NCBI GenBank assembly: GCA_000990005.1
Contig: LBPF01000001.1
Coordinates: 26,315-90,314, forward strand
Source of the DNA: Candidatus Woesebacteria bacterium GW2011_GWB1_33_38
GTDB taxonomy: Bacteria > Patescibacteriota > Microgenomatia > UBA8517
Length of the DNA stretch: 64,000 nucleotides
Direction of reading: 5' to 3'
The position numbers and the translations under genes were made by a program. The notes below the pieces were generated by a model that was given only the letters and a program-made list of their open reading frames with translations, did no database searches and was not told where the DNA came from. Positions 6,951 through 15,443 of the stretch are shown here, piece by piece. Numbering within the stretch: position 1 is the first letter of the stretch; every line of letters starts with the position of its first letter.

Positions 6951-9900
6951 ATGAAAAAAATATTAATATTAATTTTTACAATAGCAATAGTATTAGGAAA
7001 TACTGTATCTATTTTTGCGCAAGCTTTGCCTCCTACTCCACCTCCTGCACCAACTGCACCATCAGCTCCTACTCCACCTCCTGCACCAACTATGCCACCT
7101 ATTCCAACAATGATACCAACATTGGCACCAACGCCTCCACCCGTTGTGTCAACACCAACATATTCGCCAATATCTACACCTACTTCAGAATCTTTTATAA
7201 CTGAATCAACTGTTTCAGGAGGTCAGGACTCAGATGCTGGAATGGGATCAAGTTCTATTGACACAGGAGATGCAACTACAGATGGAACATTAATAGTTGA
7301 TGTAAATTCTAATCTTTCTGTAGTTTTGGGAGATTCTGGGTCGCAATCAGGGGGAAGTGCTGGAATTATCAATTCAGGAAATGGAGAGAGTTCAGAAAAT
7401 TCTGGATCAGCCGTTATTATAAATAATAATAATACAGGACAAACTAATTCAGCAAATATTGTTAACGGACTATATCAAAGTGCTATCACGGGAGATAATT
7501 CAGCCAGTAAAAATACTGGCGGAGATTCAATAATTACTACAGGAGACGCAAATGTAACGGGTACTATTATCACTTCAGTAAATACAAATGTGGCAGGAGT
7601 TGCAGTTTCAGAATTTAATGTATTGGAAGACACAACAGGAGATATTATTCTTGATTTTGGAAATACTTGTATTACAAACTGCGGATCTCTGGCTGACGCT
7701 GTAATTAAAAATACAGGTAATGGTACAGATTCAATAAATACAAGCAGTTTGGATGTTACAAATAATAATTTAACAGATCAACTAAATGATGCAATTATAG
7801 TCAATAATATGGACCTTTTTGCAGATTCAGGAAATAATGATACAAACAAAAATACAGGTGGAGATTCAATAATTACAACAGGGGATGCTAATGTCGTTGC
7901 AAATTTACTAACATTTGCTAATAACAACTTAGCAGGAAATGTTGTCTATGCAGTTGTTAATATTTTCGGAAACTTAATTGGAGATATAATTTTTCCTGAA
8001 GGGTCTTTTGCTTCCTGCTGTGGGGTTTTTGATACAGCTCTTGCTAATATCAATAATGGTACAGGTTCTACGAACACAACTTCTTATTCGAATGAGATAA
8101 CAGATTCGGCTACTCAAATCAATAATTTGGAAATTGAGAACAATTTAATATTTGATGCAAATTCTGGAGGCAATGAAACTAAAGGAAATACAGGAGGCAA
8201 TTCATCAATAGTTACTGGAGATACTAATATTGACGCTAGGCTTATTAATATTGCGAATAATAACCTTGCTGGTGGAAATTATTGGCTTGTTATAGTAAAT
8301 GAGGCAGGCAAATGGATAGGAAAGATTCTAGGGACCTCAGATGGCGCAAGTTTTGGAGGAAGTGATGACTTTGAGTTTTTGGTTGATGAAAATGGCGGAG
8401 TAACTGTAGCTAATGCTGGAAATGGTACAGATTCAACAAATACTGCCGTCTACAATGAAACTAATAACAATGAATTAACACAAGTTAATAATGCAAAAAT
8501 AGTAAATAATGTAAATCTTGAAGCTAACTCAGGGGGAAACTCAGCATCAAAAAATACTAATGGAAACTCCTCTATTGTTACTGGGGATGCAAGCATTATT
8601 GCCAATATTGTTAATTTTGTAAATAATAATATTACAGGCGGAGGAAAACTTTTTGTTGCTGTAGTTAATGTATTTGGAAGCTGGGTTGGAGATTTTGTAG
8701 GACCAGGATTTGAGCAAGAAGAACTGGCAACTAGCCCCGATTCAATCGGGATTGGAGGTGCTGATGTAAATTCACAAGAATCTGATGATAATAATGGTGG
8801 TAGCAATAGTAATCAACAAACAACTACTGTATTTCAAGCAAGTTCACCGCAGATTGCAAGCATTGTAATTCCTACAGTATTTAGAAATTCTAGTGCAAGA
8901 GTTTTGGGTAATAAAATTAGTCTTAATTTACCAGAAACTTTAGGATCAGCAATAGATGTAGCTCAAAAGAAGGTGGTTAATATCAACTTTGCTTGGCTTC
9001 TTGCAATCTTGTTTCCAATAGGAATATTCTCCATGATTTTTAGAAGAAGGTTAGCAATAAAAAGAATATTAGCATCGTTTCTTGTGTTAATGCTACTAGT
9101 ATCAAGTGTAAGACCTTTTCTTTCCTTAGCACTTGCCGAGGAAATAGTTATTTTAGGCAATGGATCAGGTTCAGATAATACTGCCGTAGTCTCAATTTCA
9201 AATACGACAACAGTAACTCAAACAAATACCGCAAGTGTCGAAAATGTTGTTACACCCTCAGTCGATACTGGAAATAATACAGTAAATGGTAATACTGGAT
9301 CAGATGTATCAGTGGTAACGGGTGATATAGATACAAATGTTGTATTAAATAATTCTCTTAATAATTCAATAGTAGAAAACTCCTGTTGTGATGCCAACGA
9401 TTCATCGGTTTTAATCACAGCAAACGGAAAGGATTCACAAAACTTAGTTACAATGGATGTTAATAATAATGTTATCAACATTACGCAGTCTGCCGATATT
9501 GGAAATAAAGTAGAGGGAAGTGCTAATACAGGAAATAATACAGCCAATAATACGAGTGGGAACGTAATAATTGATACGGGGGATATTAAAGTTATGGGGG
9601 GTATTAACAATAGTCCAATTAATACTTATTTTATAAAATCAGCAATTAATAATGGTGGATTTCTGGCATCAATTTCAGCAAACGGAACGGATTCTGTTAA
9701 TAAAATAGAAGCTAATTTAGGTGGATCAAACCAAATTGATGCAAAAAATTATTATTTAGCTTACAATTTTGTTGACTGGGATTTAAATACTGGTGGAAAT
9801 ATCGCTAATGGTAATACTGGAGGAAATGTCTTTATCAAAACTGGTAACTTTTTTTTCGATTTTTTAATTTCAAATGCTGGAAATATAGGATATGTTGATG

Positions 9901-10091
9901 TTGGCTGTTGCGGTATAGATAATCCAAATGACTCAGATGATCCTAGCGATCCAGACGATCCTGATATTCCAACTGTTGTCGGAGGTAGTAACCCTGTTTC
10001 TACAACATCAAGTAGTTCTGGATCTTCCAATGGTAGTTCCTCATCAGCAGGACCTGCGATATTAGGTCTTTCTGCGACTTCATCAGAATGA
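6951..10091 (+). CDS. Large secreted repeat protein, paralog 2 (1046 aa) with Pro-rich N-terminal region, repeat domain, internal LPETLG + TM + RRR segment, second repeat domain and acidic Ser-rich C-terminus
   Basis: After the signal peptide comes a PPTPPPAPT-rich stretch, then many NTGGxSxIxTGDAN repeats and CCG motifs. At 8928-9060 the ORF encodes LPETLG, 15 aa, a 17-aa hydrophobic segment and RRRLAIKR, then a signal-peptide-like segment and a further repeat domain. Confidence 0.7.
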   Translation: MKKILILIFTIAIVLGNTVSIFAQALPPTPPPAPTAPSAPTPPPAPTMPPIPTMIPTLAPTPPPVVSTPTYSPISTPTSESFITESTVSGGQDSDAGMGSSSIDTGDATTDGTLIVDVNSNLSVVLGDSGSQSGGSAGIINSGNGESSENSGSAVIINNNNTGQTNSANIVNGLYQSAITGDNSASKNTGGDSIITTGDANVTGTIITSVNTNVAGVAVSEFNVLEDTTGDIILDFGNTCITNCGSLADAVIKNTGNGTDSINTSSLDVTNNNLTDQLNDAIIVNNMDLFADSGNNDTNKNTGGDSIITTGDANVVANLLTFANNNLAGNVVYAVVNIFGNLIGDIIFPEGSFASCCGVFDTALANINNGTGSTNTTSYSNEITDSATQINNLEIENNLIFDANSGGNETKGNTGGNSSIVTGDTNIDARLINIANNNLAGGNYWLVIVNEAGKWIGKILGTSDGASFGGSDDFEFLVDENGGVTVANAGNGTDSTNTAVYNETNNNELTQVNNAKIVNNVNLEANSGGNSASKNTNGNSSIVTGDASIIANIVNFVNNNITGGGKLFVAVVNVFGSWVGDFVGPGFEQEELATSPDSIGIGGADVNSQESDDNNGGSNSNQQTTTVFQASSPQIASIVIPTVFRNSSARVLGNKISLNLPETLGSAIDVAQKKVVNINFAWLLAILFPIGIFSMIFRRRLAIKRILASFLVLMLLVSSVRPFLSLALAEEIVILGNGSGSDNTAVVSISNTTTVTQTNTASVENVVTPSVDTGNNTVNGNTGSDVSVVTGDIDTNVVLNNSLNNSIVENSCCDANDSSVLITANGKDSQNLVTMDVNNNVINITQSADIGNKVEGSANTGNNTANNTSGNVIIDTGDIKVMGGINNSPINTYFIKSAINNGGFLASISANGTDSVNKIEANLGGSNQIDAKNYYLAYNFVDWDLNTGGNIANGNTGGNVFIKTGNFFFDFLISNAGNIGYVDVGCCGIDNPNDSDDPSDPDDPDIPTVVGGSNPVSTTSSSSGSSNGSSSSAGPAILGLSATSSE

Positions 10092-10582
10092 AAAATAGAT
10101 TAGTCATACTATTAATAGGGTTTGCTTTGGGGTTTTTTCTTACAAGGATTGAGGCACCTGCAAATGGTTATACGATCGAAAAGTCATTTTCCAACTCATT
10201 TCCAACAAGAATTATAATACCATCTGTATCAATTGATACATCAGTCAAGAAAGCACTGATTATAAATGGTTATTGGCAAGTATTTTCAGATTCTGCAGCA
10301 TGGGGAGATCAATCAGGAATTCCAGGGCGGATTGGTAATCAAGTAATTTTTGCCCACAAAAGAAGTGGTTTATTTTTACCTCTGACAGATATTCAAATAG
10401 GCGCAAAGGTTTATGTTTTAACTAATGAAAAGTCGTATGCCTACGAAGTCAAAGAAATTAAAGATGTTAAACCATTTCAAATTGAAGTTGTGGCCCCTAC
10501 AAGCGATGAGACACTGACTCTTTACACTTGTACTGGCTTTGGTGATATTGAAAGATTGATTGTTGTAGCCAAAAAAATATAA
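10088..10582 (+). CDS. Sortase-family transpeptidase
   Basis: It has an N-terminal TM anchor, a conserved His region (IFAHKRSG) and an active-site TLYTC motif (TLxTC). It overlaps the stop of the upstream repeat protein by 4 nt (ATGA). Confidence 0.7.
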   Translation: MKNRLVILLIGFALGFFLTRIEAPANGYTIEKSFSNSFPTRIIIPSVSIDTSVKKALIINGYWQVFSDSAAWGDQSGIPGRIGNQVIFAHKRSGLFLPLTDIQIGAKVYVLTNEKSYAYEVKEIKDVKPFQIEVVAPTSDETLTLYTCTGFGDIERLIVVAKKI

Positions 10583-10608
10583 ATCACTGTGTGATTAAAA
10601 CTATACGC

Positions 10609-10645
10609 GAGGACCCCTTGGTTAAATCAAGGGGTTCCTCATTTT
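10609..10645. terminator. Bidirectional terminator hairpin between the sortase (+) and repeat-protein paralog 3 (-)
   Basis: GAGGACCCCTTG...CAAGGGGTTCCTC forms about a 12-bp stem with one bulge. It is followed by ATTTT on the + strand and preceded by an A/T run on the other strand. Confidence 0.5.
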
Positions 10646-11243
10646 AATTAAGAGTATTTAGGCCACCAGTGACTGTCAGATCGCTTGTTGAAGTTGATAC
10701 TCCAGTGCTAACTGTAGTTCCGGCACCCGTATTTCCATTGGCAGTATTCTTGCCTGTCTTTGCTTTGGCTTTAACTAAAGCGCTTACTCTAGTTCGTGCT
10801 CTTTGGCGAACAGTAGTGTCTTTAGTGTTAGCTACAACTATATTATTTGTTGAATTGACACCATTTCCAGATATCTCTGTTGTAGGTGGCACTGCAAGAG
10901 GAGTACAACAACAAGGATCTGTTGCTGAATTATTACCTCCTGTAACTGTCATTGTTGATGCTGCGTTGGCATCACCAGTTGTTATACCAACTGTTCCACC
11001 TGTATTTCCATTGGCAGTATTTCCACCAGTACTAGCAGAAGCTCCTATTAGTGCATCTACATTAGTATTGGCCTTTTGAGAAACTGTGCATGAGCTTGAA
11101 TTTGTTACAACTATTGTATTATCCGAACCCACGCCATTGTCAATAATCTCCAAATTAGCCCCAAATACCATTGGGACAAAGGACATCATAGCAACAGTAG
11201 CAGAAACAACACCTGTAGCTAATTTTTTTGCAAATTTGTTCAT
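10644..11243 (-). CDS. Secreted repeat protein, paralog 3 (199 aa)
   Basis: The signal peptide is MNKFAKKLATGVVSATVAMMSFVPMVFGA. The same two repeat types (GNGVxSxN and TGxNTANGNTGG) and a CCC motif are present. Confidence 0.7.
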   Translation of the reverse strand: MNKFAKKLATGVVSATVAMMSFVPMVFGANLEIIDNGVGSDNTIVVTNSSSCTVSQKANTNVDALIGASASTGGNTANGNTGGTVGITTGDANAASTMTVTGGNNSATDPCCCTPLAVPPTTEISGNGVNSTNNIVVANTKDTTVRQRARTRVSALVKAKAKTGKNTANGNTGAGTTVSTGVSTSTSDLTVTGGLNTLN

Positions 11244-11347
11244 ATTTTAATCACCCCCTTTCTTTACTTAAAATCAATAAGTTAGAAGTCAAAAAATAGG
11301 GATTTAATCTACTGAAGTAATTGTGATTAAAAGTTAAATTCATAATT

Positions 11348-11366
11348 GCCTCCGATTGCGGTCAGC
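11348..11366 (-). promoter_or_regulatory. Conserved 5'-leader element copy (GCTGACCGCAATCGGAGGC on the minus strand)
   Basis: See the feature at 5494-5512. It lies about 105 nt upstream of the minus-strand start codon, downstream of a TTGACA box. Confidence 0.4.
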
Positions 11367-11443
11367 AAAAACAATATCAATCAGTCTATCAAATGAGGTA
11401 GCTTCTCTGTCAACTGCATCTTTATATATGTTAATATAAATTA

Positions 11444-12343
11444 ATGGAGAAATTGATTCATTTATTTATACCAAGGCAGAGTAATAATCACAAAGCTAAA
11501 ATATTGCATTCCTCTAGTTTAATTGTTATTGCGTCGTTTTTTGTTGTATTTCAGGCTTTAATTAATTTTTTACCAAGATTTGGACCAAACATATTAGGCT
11601 ATGCTTCTCAAATCTCACCTGATGAGGTAACTAGACTCACAAATCAAAAAAGGGCCGAGGCAGGTCTGTCAGCCTTAACTTACAATCAAACACTTGCTGG
11701 GGCTGCATATACCAAAGGAAGAGACATGATTGACAGAGATTATTGGGCCCATACAGCACCTGATGGAACTCAGCCATGGAAATTTTTCACAGATTTTGGT
11801 TATAGATATAAATATGCTGGAGAAAATTTGGCACGTGACTTTAGTAGTGCTCAGGCAACAGTTGATGCTTGGATGAACTCACCAACACATAGAGATAATA
11901 TTTTAAATTCTAAGTACAAGGAGATTGGAATTGGCGTGACTGAGGGTGATCTTGCAGGTATTGACACGACTATTGTTGTGCAATTTTTTGGAGCAACTTA
12001 TCAAGACAAAGTATCGGAGCCTGTGGCTCAGGTACAACAAGTAAAAACTCCAGTTCCAACTTTGGCACCAACTATTGTTCCTGTAACTACAAATCTACCA
12101 CAAGTTCAGGCTGAGATAACATCACCTCAACCAAATCAACAAGTTTTGATTTCTCCATTTAATACAACTCGTTTTGCTTCAATTGCCGTTGTATTACTTC
12201 TTTTATTTGTGTTTGTACTTGATGCATTTTTGGTTTCAAGAAGAAGAATTATTAGGGTTGCGGGAAGAACATTTGCACATGTAGCGTTTTTGGGGATGAT
12301 TTTAACTGTTATATTAATATTAAGATCAGGAAAAATACTTTAA
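11444..12343 (+). CDS. CAP/SCP/PR-1-like (YkwD-type) extracellular domain protein with N- and C-terminal TM segments
   Basis: The CAP-domain pattern is YWAHTAPDG...YAGENLARDFSSAQATVDAWMNSPTHRDNIL...EIGIGV. A hydrophobic N-terminus and a C-terminal TM with basic tail flank the domain. Confidence 0.6.
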   Translation: MEKLIHLFIPRQSNNHKAKILHSSSLIVIASFFVVFQALINFLPRFGPNILGYASQISPDEVTRLTNQKRAEAGLSALTYNQTLAGAAYTKGRDMIDRDYWAHTAPDGTQPWKFFTDFGYRYKYAGENLARDFSSAQATVDAWMNSPTHRDNILNSKYKEIGIGVTEGDLAGIDTTIVVQFFGATYQDKVSEPVAQVQQVKTPVPTLAPTIVPVTTNLPQVQAEITSPQPNQQVLISPFNTTRFASIAVVLLLLFVFVLDAFLVSRRRIIRVAGRTFAHVAFLGMILTVILILRSGKIL

Positions 12344-12591
12344 TGAAACATTTACCACATTACGTGTCACTAATTGCCATATTTTTAGCAGGACTTGTTG
12401 GTTTTTATGTTTTTTCATATGATAAATATTTTCGAGTTGGGATAGCTGTAGCACTTTCGGCATCTTATGTAACTTGGGGAGTTATTCACCACGCATCACA
12501 TAAAGATATTTGCTGGACTGTTATATTTGAATACATTGCAGTTTCAATTTTAGGACTAATAATGGTCTTGACCTTGATTTTTAGGGCTTAA
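12343..12591 (+). CDS. Small membrane protein (2-3 TM), hypothetical
   Basis: It is translationally coupled to the upstream gene (TAATG) and is hydrophobic throughout. Confidence 0.35.
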   Translation: MKHLPHYVSLIAIFLAGLVGFYVFSYDKYFRVGIAVALSASYVTWGVIHHASHKDICWTVIFEYIAVSILGLIMVLTLIFRA

Positions 12592-12614
12592 ACTCTGTAT
12601 AATCTTTTCACACT

Positions 12615-13508
12615 ATGAAAAAAGTAACTAAGGCCGTAATACCTGCAGCAGGCTTCGGAACTAGATTTCTTCCTCAGACCAAAGCAATGCCCAAAGAGAT
12701 GCTTCCAATTGTTGATAAACCCGTTATTCAGTATGTGGTAGAGGAACTTGTTGAAGCTGGGATCAAGGATATTTTTATAGTTACAGGATATCACAAAAGA
12801 ACTATTGAAGATCATTTTGATGCTCCAAACTTAGATCTAATTGAAAACCTTCGGATGGCTGGCGAGAAGAAGAAACATCTATTAGAAGAAGTGGAAAAGA
12901 TTTCAAACTTGGCTAATTTTGTCTATGTCAGACAAAAGGGGCCATACGGAAATGGCACACCACTACTTAATGTTAGGCATTTAATAGGAAATGAACCATT
13001 TATTTACACTTGGAGTGATGATTTTATTGTTGCTGAGCCTTCCAGATTTAGACAATTAATAACTACATATGAAAAGTATGGTTGCACTTGTTTGGGCAGT
13101 ATCAGGGCTAAAAAAGATTCTGACTATGATCATTATGGCTTTGCTGGTGGTAAACATCTAACCCCAAGCATAATCGATGTCGAAACGATAATCGAAAAAC
13201 CTGGTAAAGAGAATTCTCCGTCGGACCTTGCAAATGTTTCTGGATTTTTATTTACACCTGACATCTTTGAATATTTGGACAGAGCATTAGAATCTTTGGA
13301 AGATGAAAACGAGCTTTATTATAATAATGCTTTAAATTTAATGCTTGCGGATAAGAAAAGAATATTGGCAGTCGAAATTAAAGGTGGTAAATATTATGAT
13401 ACAGGCAACAAACTTGAATATTTAAAAACTGTTGTTGAATTTGCTCTGAAACATAAAGACCTAAACGGTGAGTTTAAAAAATATTTGGCTTCTTTAGATT
13501 TAAAATGA
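12615..13508 (+). CDS. galU: UTP--glucose-1-phosphate uridylyltransferase
   Basis: The N-terminal IPAAGFGTRFLP...KEMLP..DKP motif matches, and the length fits GalU. Confidence 0.8.
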   Translation: MKKVTKAVIPAAGFGTRFLPQTKAMPKEMLPIVDKPVIQYVVEELVEAGIKDIFIVTGYHKRTIEDHFDAPNLDLIENLRMAGEKKKHLLEEVEKISNLANFVYVRQKGPYGNGTPLLNVRHLIGNEPFIYTWSDDFIVAEPSRFRQLITTYEKYGCTCLGSIRAKKDSDYDHYGFAGGKHLTPSIIDVETIIEKPGKENSPSDLANVSGFLFTPDIFEYLDRALESLEDENELYYNNALNLMLADKKRILAVEIKGGKYYDTGNKLEYLKTVVEFALKHKDLNGEFKKYLASLDLK

Positions 13509-15397
13509 AGTTACTTGTAACGGGTGGAGCTGGGTTCATTGGGGCAAACTTTGTTCACTACTGGGTTAAAAAATATCCAAAAGACAAGATAACAGTAGTT
13601 GACGCTTTAACCTATACAGGTAATCTTGAAAATTTAGCTCTTGTAAAAAAAGAAGTTGAATTTGTTGAGGCTGATATTAATGACAGACCAAAAATTAGTC
13701 AGGCATTAAAAAGAGTTGATGCAGTTATTCATTTTGCTGCTGAAAGTCATGTAGATCGCGCAATTTTTGATCCTTCAACTTATTGGCAAACAAATGTTCA
13801 TGGAACATTGACTTTACTTGAAGAAGCACAAAAAGCAGGCGTACCCAGATTCCATCATATTTCAACGGATGAAGTTTACGGTGAACTTCCTTTAGATTCT
13901 GATGCTAAATTTACTGAAAAAACTCCATATTCTCCGAGACCTGATAATTTATACGCCCTATCAAAGGCAGAGGCAGACAAAATAGTTTTGGATTTCTACC
14001 AAAAAACAAAAATGTATATTACTATTTCAAATTGTTCAAATAACTATGGACCATATCAGTTTCCAGAAAAATATATTCCCATAATAGTTACTAACTTAAT
14101 TGATAAAATCAAAGTTCCGCTTCATGGTGATGGTAGAAATGTTAGAGACTGGATTCACACAAGAGATCATTCTTCAGCAATTGACCTAATTTTAAATAAA
14201 GGTAAGTCAGGAGAAACTTATCTTGTTGGATCAAATAACGATAGAAGCAATAGTTACATTGCTAAAAAAGTAGTTAATCTTTTTGGAGCCAACGAAACTG
14301 TAATTAGGCATGTTTCAGATAGGCACAGTAATGATAGAAGATATGCCATAAATGCTACAAAAATAATGGAAGAATTAGGTTGGAAACCTGAAATTACCAG
14401 AGATAAATTTAATGAAGGATTAAAAGAAACAATTGCTTGGTATAAAGAAAATCAAGGCTGGTGGCGACCACTTCTTAAAAGAAAAGCTATGATTATGGAT
14501 TCTTCAAAGTCAATTTCAGCCTATATATCACTTGATAGAGAATCGGGTAAAACCAAGTTTGTTTTTGGGAAAATCGAGAAGCAGGTAGAGAAAAAAGAAA
14601 CAGTCTTTGATGCAGATAAACACTTCGTGGAACAAAATCTGGTTAGGTATGAAATTGTAATGAAAAATTTAAATAGTAAAAAATGGTACAAAGCAAGTTC
14701 TGATGAAGTTAAAAATGAAATTAAGACATTAGGAATAAACCCTTCCACCTTTGGTTATGTAGAGGACCTCGCTGGTAGGGAAGATCATATTAATGGAGAT
14801 TTAATTTTAAAATTGGAAAAAATTGAACATGCAGATTCTAAATATGGAATATATGGTATTGGATCTTGGTTTGAAGTAGAAAACAAGAAAAAAGAAAAGA
14901 GAATGGAAGGATATTACTCTTGGGGTTGGGGACCAAAGTCTGGAGCAAAGCTTCTAGTTTTGGTCAAAAGAAATGGGGAAATTACTCATCTTGCAACACA
15001 AAGAGAACAAAAATTTCCAACAGGATCTGTTGAATATACATTAGCAGGAGGTTTCCCTAAGTTAAATGAATCAGTCTTGGACTTTATAATTAGATCAATT
15101 CAAAAAGATTTGAACTTAAGTGTAACTAAAAATGACGTAGGTTTAGACCAAATAATTTCCCTAGGAAGATTAAATCCCGATTCAGGTATGACAAATAATA
15201 AACCAAATCTTTATGCAGTTATTGTTAATCTTTCAGATGAACTCTATAAAGACGTTAAAAAAGGAGATAAATTTGAAGAAGATGAGGGAATTGTACTCTG
15301 GCCAATTGATAAACTGGCAGACCTTATTAATAAATGTGATGATGCCTACTTCCTCTCCGCCCTCACTCGCCTCAACCTCACCAAAAACATCCTGTAG
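13505..15397 (+). CDS. rfbB: dTDP-glucose 4,6-dehydratase (RfbB/RmlB) fused to a C-terminal domain of about 300 aa with a degenerate Nudix-like box
   Basis: The N-terminal 340 aa has the full RmlB pattern (VTGGAGFIGANF, YxxxK, ending ...ENQGWW). The ORF continues without a stop for about 290 more residues. This extension includes a partial Nudix-like pattern (GFPKLNE then 7 residues then R), but the downstream catalytic Glu residues are missing. Confidence 0.8.
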   Translation: MKLLVTGGAGFIGANFVHYWVKKYPKDKITVVDALTYTGNLENLALVKKEVEFVEADINDRPKISQALKRVDAVIHFAAESHVDRAIFDPSTYWQTNVHGTLTLLEEAQKAGVPRFHHISTDEVYGELPLDSDAKFTEKTPYSPRPDNLYALSKAEADKIVLDFYQKTKMYITISNCSNNYGPYQFPEKYIPIIVTNLIDKIKVPLHGDGRNVRDWIHTRDHSSAIDLILNKGKSGETYLVGSNNDRSNSYIAKKVVNLFGANETVIRHVSDRHSNDRRYAINATKIMEELGWKPEITRDKFNEGLKETIAWYKENQGWWRPLLKRKAMIMDSSKSISAYISLDRESGKTKFVFGKIEKQVEKKETVFDADKHFVEQNLVRYEIVMKNLNSKKWYKASSDEVKNEIKTLGINPSTFGYVEDLAGREDHINGDLILKLEKIEHADSKYGIYGIGSWFEVENKKKEKRMEGYYSWGWGPKSGAKLLVLVKRNGEITHLATQREQKFPTGSVEYTLAGGFPKLNESVLDFIIRSIQKDLNLSVTKNDVGLDQIISLGRLNPDSGMTNNKPNLYAVIVNLSDELYKDVKKGDKFEEDEGIVLWPIDKLADLINKCDDAYFLSALTRLNLTKNIL

Positions 15398-15405
15398 TTA
15401 CTTGA

Positions 15406-15429
15406 CTTCTTCTTCTTCTTCTTCTTCTT
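15406..15429. repeat. (CTT)8 trinucleotide microsatellite in the promoter/5' region of the gene at 15444
   Basis: Eight perfect CTT units start inside a TTGACT box and end at a TATAAAAT box. Confidence 0.9.
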
Positions 15430-15443
15430 ATAAAATACGTTTT

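Noticed and set aside
10669-11079. 136-aa + strand ORF
   Set aside because: It lies entirely antisense to the well-supported repeat-protein gene at 10644-11243. Its composition mirrors the Gly/Thr/Asn codons of the other strand.
15213-15443. Upstream extension of ORF 15213-16184 (reads through the CTT tract as poly-Ser)
   Set aside because: It overlaps the 3' end of rfbB in another frame and translates the microsatellite. The ATG at 15444 after the promoter-like boxes is the more plausible start.
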